From NCBI GenBank assembly GCA_965222605.1, contig OZ244960.1:5920001-5984000 (forward strand): a stretch of 64,000 nucleotides of DNA. Direction: 5' to 3'. Below, piece after piece: positions 29,243 to 39,823 of the stretch (within the stretch, counting starts at the first letter, position 1; each line of letters begins with the position of its first letter). A program made the position numbers and the translations under genes. Source of the DNA: Candidatus Latescibacterota bacterium (lineage in GTDB: Bacteria; Latescibacterota; UBA2968). The notes under the pieces were generated by a model. That model did no database searches, was not told the DNA's origin, and saw only the letters and a list, made by a program, of their open reading frames with translations.

Positions 29243-32200
29243 AGCGCGGGGTTACTCAGATGAGTCAGATCGCACTGGGGTTGCCTTTGAAGTGGATAAC
29301 AGGTGGGCGACAGATCGGCGTTTTCGGTTCTTATCGCCTGGGTGCGACTTTATTTATTGCAGCAGCAATTCTGACAGCGCATAACTGCATTGCAGATGGT
29401 GCTCAGGATAAGGGAGAGAAGACAGTGACAGTTCAACGCGACGCCTATCTGGTCAACGCAGACCTGTCGAAGCTGGAGGGGGAGGGACCGCGGGGATGGG
29501 AGGTAGAAGGCGATTTCACGTATGATGCGGGGCGACAGGTTGGCACGTTGAAATACGGGGTATCCGCCCGTCTGGTGCAGGAGGTGAAGTTGCTCCCCGG
29601 CCATTATCTGCTGCAGGTGGTGACACGCACGAATTCGAATGAGGCCAGGCTGTTTGCCGACGCGCTGGATTACGATGTAACGGATACGAACTTCATCTCA
29701 CCGGGTTACGGGCTTTTCCGGATTCCGGTCGGTGTTTCGAAGGGCTTCAAGACTGTGAAGCTGCCGTTCTACGTCGAAGACGGTGGGGAATTGGAGAGCG
29801 TGACCCTCGGTCTGCAGGCGCGAGAGGCCAGGGCCGGTCTGGAGGGACAAGACCGGAAGCCGAAGCTGATTGAGATCAAGACGATATCCCTCAGCCGGCT
29901 TGGGGACACAGAACTGAAGCGGCGCTGGGCGCAGAATCTGCCGGTGGACCGTACTCACGGGTTGACTGGGCTGCGGGAAGCGGCCGACTTCAACCGGCCC
30001 GGGTTTGCGATCTTCACCGATACTTATACCGGGGCGGAGCTCTGGTTGATTACGCAGGGCCGGAGGTCGCACCTGCAATACCCCGGGGTATCGTATTTCA
30101 GCGACAGCGGCAAGTACGTTTTTGTGTCCAATCCCGGCATCGTCTTGAGGACGGACGGGTCTGCCCGGTTTACGGGCTACAAGCGCAAGCGCGGCGGCAC
30201 GCCGTGGCTCCCTGCGTGGTTGCAGAAGCAAGTGCCGCCGGGAACCGATTCCGATGACTGGGTGGAGGTGGAGACCACCTCCGAAGCCGTGACCCTGCGC
30301 AACTTGATCACGCGCGACGAAATGCGCGTCGAGATTCCCACCCGGGACGGCTGGACCCTGGCTTTGCTGCCCTCCGTGAAGAGCCCAATGCTGGAGCGAC
30401 AGGGTGCGCCGAATGAGACGCTGGTCTGGGTCTCAAACGACAAGCGCACCATCGGTCTATCCGATGTCAGCGGGAGAGATTTTCGCGAGGTCCCGGTGAA
30501 GACCCACTCGGCCGACCCCGAGAAGGATTACCTCAACGAGCCATTCTGGTGCAAGGGGTGGGACGGCGGCTGGTACGTCGGCTACGTCCTCAACTGGCTT
30601 CCGCTGCACAATCAGATTCTCAAGACCCCGGAGAACAGCATTAATCCCGGGCAGGTCTGGGTGCTGCCGATTTCCAGGAACGATTCCAGGGGACCGCTGT
30701 ACGTGACGGGCGGCTTCGAGAAACTGCAGGGCATGAGGCTGGAAGACGGGTTGGTTGTGCAGCGGGCAGAGGCCTTAGTTGGCGGGCACAAGGCGATGGA
30801 TGGGTCCCTGCGCTACCGGATGGACGCATCTAAGGTCAATACGCTGGCTGTGGAGAACATTGAGACGGGGGAGGTGACGTATATCGGCTCATACCCGTGG
30901 ATGGAGCACATCGAGTGGAGCCAGAGCTGGGAGTTCGGGTCCATAAGGGGTGAACTGGCTTCGCAACCGCTTCTGTTCTTCGACCTGAAACACCGGGCGT
31001 TGTGGCCGATTGCGGTGATGAATTTCTACGACTACGGACAGCGGTTGAAGGACTACCGCGACGGCCAGAGGCTCGGCACGGAGCGGAAGGGGTACATCTT
31101 CTGGTCCGGTCAGACGTGCAGTCCAGACGGAACCAAGATAGTCTATGCATCGGCCATGCTTGCCTATAGCATGCGCGACAAGGGAGATGTGTACATCGCG
31201 GTGGCCCGTTATCCACAGCCGCCTGTCAACGTGCGGTGTGAGGGGAAGCGCCTTGTCTGGGACCGGCCGCTCCGCCATAGAGAGATCCAGGGATTCAATA
31301 TCTACCGATCCGATTGGAGCGGTGTGGGATACCAAAAGCTTCATTCGAAGAGGGTTGAGGGGTTGAGCTATGAACTGTCTCGAGGAGAGGAAGAGGGCTT
31401 CTATGTCCTGACCTCCGTGGAGCACTCCGGGCTGGAGAGCCGCATGTTTTCCAACGAGGTGGTCGTGGGCCCCGGCCGCACTGTACGCCATTTCTACGAG
31501 GCCGAGATCGCGGAGTTCGAGCAGCCTCTGACGCTGGTTTTCGATCCCGAAGAGGCCGGGAACGGCTACGCTCTGGCGATCACGGATCCGGACCTGCTCT
31601 ACCGGGACCGTCTGCGGAAAGGGTTGCGGGGAGTTGGGAAACTTCAGATTTCGATTCCTTTCTCCCGTTCGTACAGGATTTTTGGCCGCGTTCGATCTCT
31701 GTCAAAAAGCGCACGCGGCTGTTTCAGCATTGAAGTAAGCGGTGTGGCCGCTGGAGAATTGGGCGTTGAAAAACCGGTCTGGCACTGGGTGGAACTGAAA
31801 GGCGGTCTGGCGACGCTGTCTGCCGGGAATGTGGCACTGCGGTTTGCTACCTCAACTGTTGATATCGCTCTGGACAAGATTCTGGTGACCAACGATCTTG
31901 ACTTCGAGCCGAGAGAAAAGGGCAACACGCCGATGGAACCGCCTTCAATGCCGTCCGAGATTCGGGTTGAAAAGGCCGTCTTGAAACCAGCCGAAAAGCC
32001 CGATCCGTCTGATCCCGCGTCGCCGTATGTGAAACTGGCCTGGAACGCTTCGACTGCGCCGCAGGGGATTCGTTACTACAGCATCTACCGCAGTACGGCA
32101 GTGGATGTGACACCCACCCAGAAGAATTTGATCGGAAGTTCGCGGGAGCCGAGTTTTGTGGATGTAGGCATAACGCACCCGAAGTATTATTACTGCGTTG

Positions 32201-32280
32201 TGGCGGTTGATAACTGGGGCAACCGTTCCTACCCTTCCGCAAAGATGGTTTTGACGACACAGGATTTCACGGACAAATAA
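29239..32280 (+). CDS. Large secreted protein: CBM-like + TolB/oligogalacturonate-lyase-like propeller + Fn3 domains
   Basis: FTDTYTGAELWLIT, SPDGTKIVY, Fn3 motifs GFNIYRS...VLTSVEHSGLES and YSIYRS...YCVVAVDNWGNRS; start uncertain. Confidence 0.55.
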   Translation: MKRGVTQMSQIALGLPLKWITGGRQIGVFGSYRLGATLFIAAAILTAHNCIADGAQDKGEKTVTVQRDAYLVNADLSKLEGEGPRGWEVEGDFTYDAGRQVGTLKYGVSARLVQEVKLLPGHYLLQVVTRTNSNEARLFADALDYDVTDTNFISPGYGLFRIPVGVSKGFKTVKLPFYVEDGGELESVTLGLQAREARAGLEGQDRKPKLIEIKTISLSRLGDTELKRRWAQNLPVDRTHGLTGLREAADFNRPGFAIFTDTYTGAELWLITQGRRSHLQYPGVSYFSDSGKYVFVSNPGIVLRTDGSARFTGYKRKRGGTPWLPAWLQKQVPPGTDSDDWVEVETTSEAVTLRNLITRDEMRVEIPTRDGWTLALLPSVKSPMLERQGAPNETLVWVSNDKRTIGLSDVSGRDFREVPVKTHSADPEKDYLNEPFWCKGWDGGWYVGYVLNWLPLHNQILKTPENSINPGQVWVLPISRNDSRGPLYVTGGFEKLQGMRLEDGLVVQRAEALVGGHKAMDGSLRYRMDASKVNTLAVENIETGEVTYIGSYPWMEHIEWSQSWEFGSIRGELASQPLLFFDLKHRALWPIAVMNFYDYGQRLKDYRDGQRLGTERKGYIFWSGQTCSPDGTKIVYASAMLAYSMRDKGDVYIAVARYPQPPVNVRCEGKRLVWDRPLRHREIQGFNIYRSDWSGVGYQKLHSKRVEGLSYELSRGEEEGFYVLTSVEHSGLESRMFSNEVVVGPGRTVRHFYEAEIAEFEQPLTLVFDPEEAGNGYALAITDPDLLYRDRLRKGLRGVGKLQISIPFSRSYRIFGRVRSLSKSARGCFSIEVSGVAAGELGVEKPVWHWVELKGGLATLSAGNVALRFATSTVDIALDKILVTNDLDFEPREKGNTPMEPPSMPSEIRVEKAVLKPAEKPDPSDPASPYVKLAWNASTAPQGIRYYSIYRSTAVDVTPTQKNLIGSSREPSFVDVGITHPKYYYCVVAVDNWGNRSYPSAKMVLTTQDFTDK

Positions 32281-32341
32281 GAGTCCATTCTGCTATCCGT
32301 TCTTACGCCGCTCGCAGGATTTTTTGAAGGAGAAGATCGAA

Positions 32342-33598
32342 ATGCGTTTTGGAATTGCCTGTCGGGATATCGTTCCTCCGTTTCGCACAAGAATGTACGG
32401 GTATGGTGCGCGGGTGGACCTCTGCGAAGACGTCAACGACCCGTTGACGTTCACGGCTATTGTATTGGAAGAGGGGAACCGCCGTGCGTTGTTGGGTGCT
32501 GCGGATCTGGGCACATTTCCGAGGCTTGATGAGTTGTCCGGCTTTATGGATCAACTCGGGGAGATCGTCGGGTGTCCGAGAGACCATATCATGCTGAACT
32601 GCTCGCACTCTCACGGGACCGCGACGGTGTCGGACGAGCGATACAGGGAATGGTTGTACGAAAAGGTCCTCGAAGCTGCCCAGGAGGCTTCGGAGAACGC
32701 GAATGAAGGGACCTTATGGTACGGCGAAGGCAAGACGAGCTTGCCGATGAACCGCCGCCTGGAGCGGGATGGTCAGGTTGTGAATGCGCCCAATCCGGGT
32801 GGCACGGTAGATGATCGCATGCGGCTCCTGGTCTTCAGGAAACCGACGGGAGAGATCGCTGCGCTCGGGATGTCCGTGGCGTGTCATCCGGTTGCCACGG
32901 GGGCACAGCACCTGCTGACAGCGGAATTTCCCGGGGCCTGGAGAGCTGCCTTCTCCAGAGCGTTTGGTCCGGATGTGACGCCGTTTTTCCTGCAGGGAGC
33001 GGGCGGAGATATACGGCCCCGACATGTAGCCGAAGGGGACCACTGGCGGGCGATGAAGCACGCCGAGCTTCCCGACATGGGCCAGGAACTTTTGAGGGAG
33101 ATGTTGAAGATCCTCCTGGAGGCGGACTTCAAACAGATCGACAATCTGACGCTTGCGGGCAAGATCAATCGGGTTGAGGCGCCCTGCCAGAGGCTTTATA
33201 CCACGCGCGAGGAACTCGAGTTGCTCAGGGAACGGGATGGAAGATTTGGTTCCTATGCGGAGAAATGCCTGCAGCATCTCGAAGCGGGAGAGGGGGTTCC
33301 GGACCGTGCGGAGTTTCACGTTCAGACCCTCTGGTTGAATCGGGATTTCGCCCTGATCGGCCTCGACGCCGAGCCGCTCCACGCTCTGGGCCGGGCCATA
33401 GAGGATTCCGTTTCTCCCAGGCAGGCGTTGTTCCTGGGATATACAAACGGCTGCATTGGCTATGCGATGGACGGAAAGGAGACAGAACGGGGGGGCGGTA
33501 CGGAGATAGGCACCTATCTTTTCAGAGGATGGTCGGGGCCTCCTGAGCCGGGCCTTGAGAAAGTCCTGGCCGGAGCTGTTGTGAACGAGTCCGGATAA
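32342..33598 (+). CDS. Neutral/alkaline ceramidase-family amidohydrolase (paralog 1)
   Basis: DIVPP, NDPL, NCSHSHG, NRR, ACHP, FFLQGAGGD, GYTNGCIGY. Confidence 0.8.
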   Translation: MRFGIACRDIVPPFRTRMYGYGARVDLCEDVNDPLTFTAIVLEEGNRRALLGAADLGTFPRLDELSGFMDQLGEIVGCPRDHIMLNCSHSHGTATVSDERYREWLYEKVLEAAQEASENANEGTLWYGEGKTSLPMNRRLERDGQVVNAPNPGGTVDDRMRLLVFRKPTGEIAALGMSVACHPVATGAQHLLTAEFPGAWRAAFSRAFGPDVTPFFLQGAGGDIRPRHVAEGDHWRAMKHAELPDMGQELLREMLKILLEADFKQIDNLTLAGKINRVEAPCQRLYTTREELELLRERDGRFGSYAEKCLQHLEAGEGVPDRAEFHVQTLWLNRDFALIGLDAEPLHALGRAIEDSVSPRQALFLGYTNGCIGYAMDGKETERGGGTEIGTYLFRGWSGPPEPGLEKVLAGAVVNESG

Positions 33599-33629
33599 AC
33601 GGCCTCTCAATACACAAGGAGAAAACGCC

Positions 33630-34925
33630 ATGCGTTTTGGTATCGGCCACAGGGATATCACCCCGCCGCTTTACACTTACATGCACGGATACGCGGCGCG
33701 GCGAGATACGAATGATGGGGTGAATGATCCCCTGACGTTTACAGCGATTGTGATGGAAGAGGGAGGCCGGCGCGCACTGGTGGGTGCTGCGGACATCTGC
33801 ACATTTCCGAACGACGGAAGTATGCCTGGCTTTCTGAAGCAGGTTGGGAAGGCGGTTGGATGTCCGGCAGACAGTGTGATGCTCAATGCCTCGCACACCC
33901 ATGGGGGGCCGAGGATGCCGAGTTCCTCTCTGTACCGGAGAGACTTTCCTTCGCGAACGGTGGAGGAGTACAGAGATCAGCTCTACGCGCAGGTGCTCGA
34001 GGCCGCCCGCGAGGCTGCGGACAATCTGGTGGAAGGGAGCCTCTGGTATGGGGAGGGGAAGACGCGACTGCCGATGAACCGGCGTCCGGAGCGGGATGGC
34101 CGGGTTGTGAATGCGCCGAATCCGGATGGCCCGGTAGATGACCGGATGCAGCTTCTGCTTTTCAGAAAGGCCACGGGAGAAGCGGCGGCGGTGGGTGTCA
34201 AGGTATCGTGCCATCCAGTTGCTACGGGTGCGCAACACCTGATTACGGCAGATTGGCCGGGGGCATGGCGTGCGGCGTTTTCCAATGTGTTTGGTCCGGA
34301 TGTAATACCGTTTTTCCTGCAAGGAGCGGGTGCGGATGCGCGCCCCCGGCATGTGGCCGAGGGGGACCACTGGCGGGTGATGAAGCACGCCGAACTCGCC
34401 GCGATTGGCGACGAACTGATGGCTGAGACTCTGGCGGTCCTCACGGGGACGCATCTCCGTCCGGTAGATAATCTGATGCTGCGAGGGAAGATTAATATTG
34501 TGCAGGCTCCCTGCGAGAAGCAATATACCACCCGCGAACAGCTCGAGTCTCTGAAGGGCGAAGGCGGACTCCTGCAGCAGTATGCGGAAGCGGGTCTGGA
34601 GCGCTTGGATAAGGGAGAAGAGATTCCCGATCAGGTGGCGTTTCAAATTCAGACGCTGTGGTTGAACCGGGATCTGGCTCTAATCGGTCTGGATGTGGAG
34701 CCGCTTTGTGGCCTGGCGAAGACGGTTGAGGAGGCGGTTGCGCCATCGCAGGCAGTCCTTATGGGATATACGAATGGCTGTATCGGCTATACCCCCGATA
34801 CGGAGGAGATGAAGCGCGGCGGGTACGAGACCGGCAGCTATTTGCCCAGTGTGTGGTCCGGACCATTGATGCCGGGCCTTGAAGATCTGTTTGCCAGTGC
34901 TGTCGTTCGCCCTGCGGGGGGCTGA
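33630..34925 (+). CDS. Neutral/alkaline ceramidase-family amidohydrolase (paralog 2)
   Basis: DITPP, NASHTHGGP, NRR, SCHP, FFLQGAGAD, GYTNGCIGYTP...GGYE. Confidence 0.83.
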   Translation: MRFGIGHRDITPPLYTYMHGYAARRDTNDGVNDPLTFTAIVMEEGGRRALVGAADICTFPNDGSMPGFLKQVGKAVGCPADSVMLNASHTHGGPRMPSSSLYRRDFPSRTVEEYRDQLYAQVLEAAREAADNLVEGSLWYGEGKTRLPMNRRPERDGRVVNAPNPDGPVDDRMQLLLFRKATGEAAAVGVKVSCHPVATGAQHLITADWPGAWRAAFSNVFGPDVIPFFLQGAGADARPRHVAEGDHWRVMKHAELAAIGDELMAETLAVLTGTHLRPVDNLMLRGKINIVQAPCEKQYTTREQLESLKGEGGLLQQYAEAGLERLDKGEEIPDQVAFQIQTLWLNRDLALIGLDVEPLCGLAKTVEEAVAPSQAVLMGYTNGCIGYTPDTEEMKRGGYETGSYLPSVWSGPLMPGLEDLFASAVVRPAGG

Positions 34926-34982
34926 GCCTCATACAAACCCGGCGGGAAATTAGAAGCCTGTGTCACATAGGAGAAATGACCG

Positions 34983-36149
34983 ATGAAGATCACCGAGGTG
35001 GAACCCATCCTGCTCACGGTTGATATGCCGGAAGAGCATCCTTTGCGATGGTCTGGGGGAGAAGCTGCCAGCGTAAACTGCGCGCTGGTGCGGGTACATA
35101 CCGACGAATCCATCACCGGTCTGGGAGATTGCTACGGGCCGGGATTTGCCGCGGGCGAGGCCACGGCCGAGTTGTTCCGCCTGTTCGGGCAGTTTCTCCA
35201 GGGCAAAGACCCACGAGATGTGGCCGGGTGTTACGAGATGATGTACCGCCGCATCCTGTACTGGGGGCGGTCCGGGCTGGCGGTGGCAGCGGCCAGTGCG
35301 GTGGAGAACGCCCTGTGGGATATTGCAGGGAAAGCCGCCTCTCAGCCGGTGTACCGCCTGCTGGGGGGGCTGTGTCACGATAAGCTGCCGATTTACGCCA
35401 GCGGGGGCCTGGAGCAGCCCCTGGAGGATCTGAAAGCAGAGATGAGGGCGCACCGAGAGGCAGGGTTTCGGGCTGTGAAGATGAGGATTGGCGTGAACCG
35501 GGAACACGATCTGGAACGGGTGGCCGCGTGTCGGGAAGTGCTGGGGCCGGAGGTGAAGCTGATGGCGGACGCGGTGATGGGACACAACCCGGACCCGTGG
35601 ACGGCAGCCGACGCGATACGGGTCGCAAAGGCTTTAGAGCCTTACGATCTGTTCTGGCTGGAGGAGCCGTGTTTCGCGGCGGACTACGAGGGCTACGCCC
35701 ATGTCCGCCGGAATACCTGTATTCCCATTTCGGGCGGCGAGAGTTCGTGTATGCGGTATGAGTTCAAACATTTTTTCGAGCGGCAGGCACTGGATGTGGC
35801 CCAGCCGGATGCGTGCCAGGCAGGGGGCATCTTAGAGTGTATGAAGGTAGCTGCGATGGCCGACGCCTATGGTGTGAAAGTGGCACCCCACGCATGGGGG
35901 ACTTCGATTACGGTCGCAGCCAACCTGGCATGGGCATTTGTCACGCCCAATACCGTGCTTGCCGAGTATCCAACCTGGCATTTCCCGCTCACAGACGCGC
36001 TATTTGTGGAAAAACCGCGGATTGAAGACGGGATAGTTTATCCTCCAACGACGCCTGGACTGGGGGTGGACCTCCCGAAAGAGCTGGAGGAAAAATACCG
36101 GTACCGACCAGAAGCATCCAGGTTGGATATGCGGAGAGAAAAAGAATGA
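34983..36149 (+). CDS. Mandelate racemase/muconate lactonizing (enolase superfamily) enzyme, probable acid-sugar dehydratase
   Basis: ALWDIAGK...PVYRLLGG, KMR, LMADA, WLEEP, GGE, QPD, PH, PGLGV. Confidence 0.92.
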   Translation: MKITEVEPILLTVDMPEEHPLRWSGGEAASVNCALVRVHTDESITGLGDCYGPGFAAGEATAELFRLFGQFLQGKDPRDVAGCYEMMYRRILYWGRSGLAVAAASAVENALWDIAGKAASQPVYRLLGGLCHDKLPIYASGGLEQPLEDLKAEMRAHREAGFRAVKMRIGVNREHDLERVAACREVLGPEVKLMADAVMGHNPDPWTAADAIRVAKALEPYDLFWLEEPCFAADYEGYAHVRRNTCIPISGGESSCMRYEFKHFFERQALDVAQPDACQAGGILECMKVAAMADAYGVKVAPHAWGTSITVAANLAWAFVTPNTVLAEYPTWHFPLTDALFVEKPRIEDGIVYPPTTPGLGVDLPKELEEKYRYRPEASRLDMRREKE

Positions 36150-36192
36150 AATTCGGCGTTGCGAGAGTATCTTAATTGACGGGATATCATAC

Positions 36193-39100
36193 ATGAAACG
36201 GCATCTATGCGCGTTGTTAGGGGTGATGCTTGGAGCGGTGTGGGCGTGTTCTGGCCATGTGAAGGAGGTACTGGAGATGATGCAACCCAATGAGGTTCCC
36301 AATGGGGGATTTGAGGCCGATACCGACGGTATGCCCGATGGGTGGGAATTGGACGTGGATTCAGACGATTTCCTGTTTACAGGTAAATTATCTACCCAAT
36401 CCCATTCAGGTCGGTACAGTTTCTGCGTTGAGAAGGGCATGGGCAGACGGGGGACGGACCTGCGTTCTCCACACTTCGATCTCAAGCCGGATGTTGCGTA
36501 TGAGGTAAGTGTCTGGCTGAGAATGGACAGTCGGTTTCCAAAGGACGCGCTTCGCATGCAGGTGCGCGCCAACACCCACAGCGAGTTATTCGAGTTGAGC
36601 GTGGGGAGGAGCTGGCGGAAATCTACGGTTATATTCCGCACAGAGTCCGGGACCACTTCGGGACACATTCAGTTTGATCAACTCGGCGGACTGGCCGATC
36701 GGCTCTATATCGATGATGTGGAGGTCAGGGAGATAGAAGCCGAGGATGACAGGCCCCCTATTCAGAAAACAGACCTTTCTGAGTTTGTGTTTCCCGAACA
36801 CCGGCCGCGTTTGGAGCATACTTCGGAAGAGATCGAAGAAATCAAGCAGTCTATGCAGGGGCGTGATATCCACGAGCACGCGTGGGTGGAAAATGCAGAT
36901 CCGTGGCTGGAGAAGCAGTTGCATTTCTTCGAGGAGGGGTACGACTTCAAAAAATACTGGACGATCGGGCGCCACTGTCCGGTAGATGCCAGGCTTCTCG
37001 AGCCGATTATACATCCCGATGGTACAACCGAGATGAAATGTCCGGTGTGCGACCGAATCTATCGGAACGAGGAACACAGGGCGTGTGCGCGTGCGATGTA
37101 CAACGAACAGATGGCGCGTGGCGCTGGCTGGCTGGGCAAGGCTTATGCGCTCACCGGCGATGTGCGGTATGCCCGCCGGGCTGCGGAGATCCTGGTGGGG
37201 TTTGCCGGGCGCTACAAGCAATGGGGCGGGGGCGGTCACGCGGTGCTCTATATGCTGCGGGAGTCCAATGGGTTTCTCATTCCCTGTACAACGGCGTACG
37301 ATTATATCTATGACAGCGGTGTTTTATCAGCGGGGGACCGCCGAAAGATCGAAGAAGATTTCTTCCGGGTGGCTGGCGAGTATTATTCAAACCACGCCGA
37401 TACAAATGGGCGTATGAACAACCGGGGTGCGATCCACAATCGGAATGTGATGGCCATTGGGTCGGCCATCAACGACAGGGGGTTTGTAGATCAAGCGCTC
37501 AACAGTCCGCATTCGGGATTTCACACGCTGGCGGCACGCATATTCGATCCGGACGGCCTGGCGTGGGAGGGATTCGGTTACCATACCTACACACTGGTCG
37601 GCCTTTCTCCCATTGCGGAGATGGCGTACCGGATCGGGATCAATGTCTATGGTGATCCCGCGTACCGCAAGGTATTCGAGGCGCCGCTACAGGTGTTTCT
37701 GCCCGGGGAGGTAGATCCGGAATCTCGCCATAGCCTGTTGGACGTGTATGAGATTGCTTGTCGAAGGTTTGCCGAATTGGGGGAGGCGATAGAGTTCCCG
37801 TTCGACAAGGAGGATAGAGTTAAGGTCATTCCCTCCTCATCGTTCAATTTCAAGCATTTTGGGTATGGGGTGCTGCGCTCCGGGGAGGGAGAGGATCAGA
37901 TCTATCTCTCGATGAGCTATGGCAAAGAGGCGATGTTTATGGGACATGCCCCCGCGCTGAAGTTCGGGTTGGTGCTCTATGCGAACCGCCGGTTGCTGAC
38001 CCCAAGGGGGATGCCTTCAGGTTATGGGCATCCGTTGACCGGGGGATGGTCCCGCAATCCTCTGGCGCACAATTCCATTACGGCCGATGACACGGATCAG
38101 TGGGGCCGCACGGAAGGAAAGTTGATCGCCTTTGAAGCGGCTCCCCGCGTGAAGCTGATGCGGGCAGTGGATAACGGCGCCTATGGGGATATCGCCCTGG
38201 ATCGGACGCTGTTTCTCACGGACGGATATGTGGTGGACCTTTCGGGCGCATATGCCGAGAGCGGACGGCACCGGTACGACCTGTGCTACCGGAGCTTCGG
38301 GGAGTTGAGTTACCCGCTGCCGTTCGAGGGCCGAGAGGAGCCTCTGGGCGTGGGGTACGGATATCAGTACCTGACGGATGTGAGGAGCAAGCGTACCGAT
38401 GAAACGTGGTCCGCAGATTGGCGTCAGGCCGAGGACAGCGCAGTCAGACTTACCGTTGTAGGCGGGCCTGAGACGGAGGTGATCGCCTGCACCTCGCCGA
38501 GCAATACGGACCGGGACGACGATGTGAATGCCCTAATTGCCCGTCGGTCAGCGCAGAGGACGGTGTTCGCCGCGGTGTGGGAGCCTTATCGGGAAAAGCC
38601 ATTCCTGTCGCGGATCGTGTCCTTGCCGGTGAAAGGTGAGGGAAATGGATCGGATCAGGCCGGGGGCGTTGGGGTCGAGGTGATCGAGAATGGTTCAGAG
38701 GCCACGGAGTGTTTCCTGGCTTCTTACACCTCTGGGGTAAAGAGGTACGGTGACATTGAACTTGACGGGAAGGTGGCCGCTGGCTGTTGGGGAGACAGTG
38801 AAGAAGAGCCGACTTACGTTTATCTGGTGAACGGCGTTTTGCTCAGGCGGAACTCGTATTCGGTAGAGGCCAGCGCGCTGGCTTCAATTTACGTCGAGCG
38901 ATTGGCCGGGGACCGGCTTCTGGTGAAAACCGGGGACAATGGCGCCGGCAAGATGGCGATTGAAGGCAGGCTGTCGGATGAAGTCAGGGTGGAGCGGGAT
39001 GGCGAGGAGGTGGAGACAGAGGTCGGGGATGCGGTCGTTTTTGAGGTGGCGGCGCAGGCGTCCTACGAGCTTTCCGGCGTGCTCGAATGGGAGCGCGTGA

Positions 39101-39762
39101 GGCTTGAAGCTCAGGTAGGAGCGGCAGAGGCCGATCTTGAGGAGCGTGCGACCGAACCGGAGAATGAGGCGGAAATGCCCCTGGCGGAGTATGGTCCACT
39201 TGCGGGAAAGAACAAGACAGCGAACGGGGGATTTGAAGTCAATTATAAGACGCATGACGAGGTCGAAGACCCCTGGGAGTGCTGGAACTCATATTACTGG
39301 GCAAAGTTCCGTCCTGCATATCATTACGATAGCGAGGTGGTGCATAGCGGAACGTATTCGCTCAAGATCCCGCGGGAAAACTGGGCGAATGAAGCGACGC
39401 GGGACGGGTGGATCGAGCAGAAGGTTTCCAGTTCTGGAGCGAACAAGACATATACGCTTTCTGCATGGGTGAAGTCGAGCCTGGATCCGACGCGCGTGAG
39501 GCTGTGCATCTACGGCTGGAATCCGGCGTGGGGGAGGGATTTCGATGGCGGCGTGTCGCCCCGGTTCGAGGTGGGTACGGAGTGGCAACGCATTAGTTGG
39601 ACGCGGAGCTTCGGTCCGGAGATCGCAGATGTATATGTGATGGTGAAGCGAGAGCACCAGGTGCTGGGCGGAGATGTGTGGATTGACGATGTGCAATTGG
39701 AAGAGGGTGGCAAGGCGACGGCGTTCGTCCTGGATGCGTGGACAGAGACGGCGCAGAGGTAG
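36193..39762 (+). CDS. Probable lipoprotein: CBM + alginate-lyase-like alpha-toroid + heparinase II/III-like domain + CBM
   Basis: Lipobox-like VWAC; NGGFE CBM domains at both ends; AYDYIY, DGLAWEGFGYHTY, GH, AHNSITAD. Confidence 0.75.
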   Translation: MKRHLCALLGVMLGAVWACSGHVKEVLEMMQPNEVPNGGFEADTDGMPDGWELDVDSDDFLFTGKLSTQSHSGRYSFCVEKGMGRRGTDLRSPHFDLKPDVAYEVSVWLRMDSRFPKDALRMQVRANTHSELFELSVGRSWRKSTVIFRTESGTTSGHIQFDQLGGLADRLYIDDVEVREIEAEDDRPPIQKTDLSEFVFPEHRPRLEHTSEEIEEIKQSMQGRDIHEHAWVENADPWLEKQLHFFEEGYDFKKYWTIGRHCPVDARLLEPIIHPDGTTEMKCPVCDRIYRNEEHRACARAMYNEQMARGAGWLGKAYALTGDVRYARRAAEILVGFAGRYKQWGGGGHAVLYMLRESNGFLIPCTTAYDYIYDSGVLSAGDRRKIEEDFFRVAGEYYSNHADTNGRMNNRGAIHNRNVMAIGSAINDRGFVDQALNSPHSGFHTLAARIFDPDGLAWEGFGYHTYTLVGLSPIAEMAYRIGINVYGDPAYRKVFEAPLQVFLPGEVDPESRHSLLDVYEIACRRFAELGEAIEFPFDKEDRVKVIPSSSFNFKHFGYGVLRSGEGEDQIYLSMSYGKEAMFMGHAPALKFGLVLYANRRLLTPRGMPSGYGHPLTGGWSRNPLAHNSITADDTDQWGRTEGKLIAFEAAPRVKLMRAVDNGAYGDIALDRTLFLTDGYVVDLSGAYAESGRHRYDLCYRSFGELSYPLPFEGREEPLGVGYGYQYLTDVRSKRTDETWSADWRQAEDSAVRLTVVGGPETEVIACTSPSNTDRDDDVNALIARRSAQRTVFAAVWEPYREKPFLSRIVSLPVKGEGNGSDQAGGVGVEVIENGSEATECFLASYTSGVKRYGDIELDGKVAAGCWGDSEEEPTYVYLVNGVLLRRNSYSVEASALASIYVERLAGDRLLVKTGDNGAGKMAIEGRLSDEVRVERDGEEVETEVGDAVVFEVAAQASYELSGVLEWERVRLEAQVGAAEADLEERATEPENEAEMPLAEYGPLAGKNKTANGGFEVNYKTHDEVEDPWECWNSYYWAKFRPAYHYDSEVVHSGTYSLKIPRENWANEATRDGWIEQKVSSSGANKTYTLSAWVKSSLDPTRVRLCIYGWNPAWGRDFDGGVSPRFEVGTEWQRISWTRSFGPEIADVYVMVKREHQVLGGDVWIDDVQLEEGGKATAFVLDAWTETAQR

Positions 39763-39823
39763 GTCCCGGGTGAACCGAGGTTGTGGGCGAATACTGATTG
39801 TGCGATAGCGACCGGAGGGTTCA

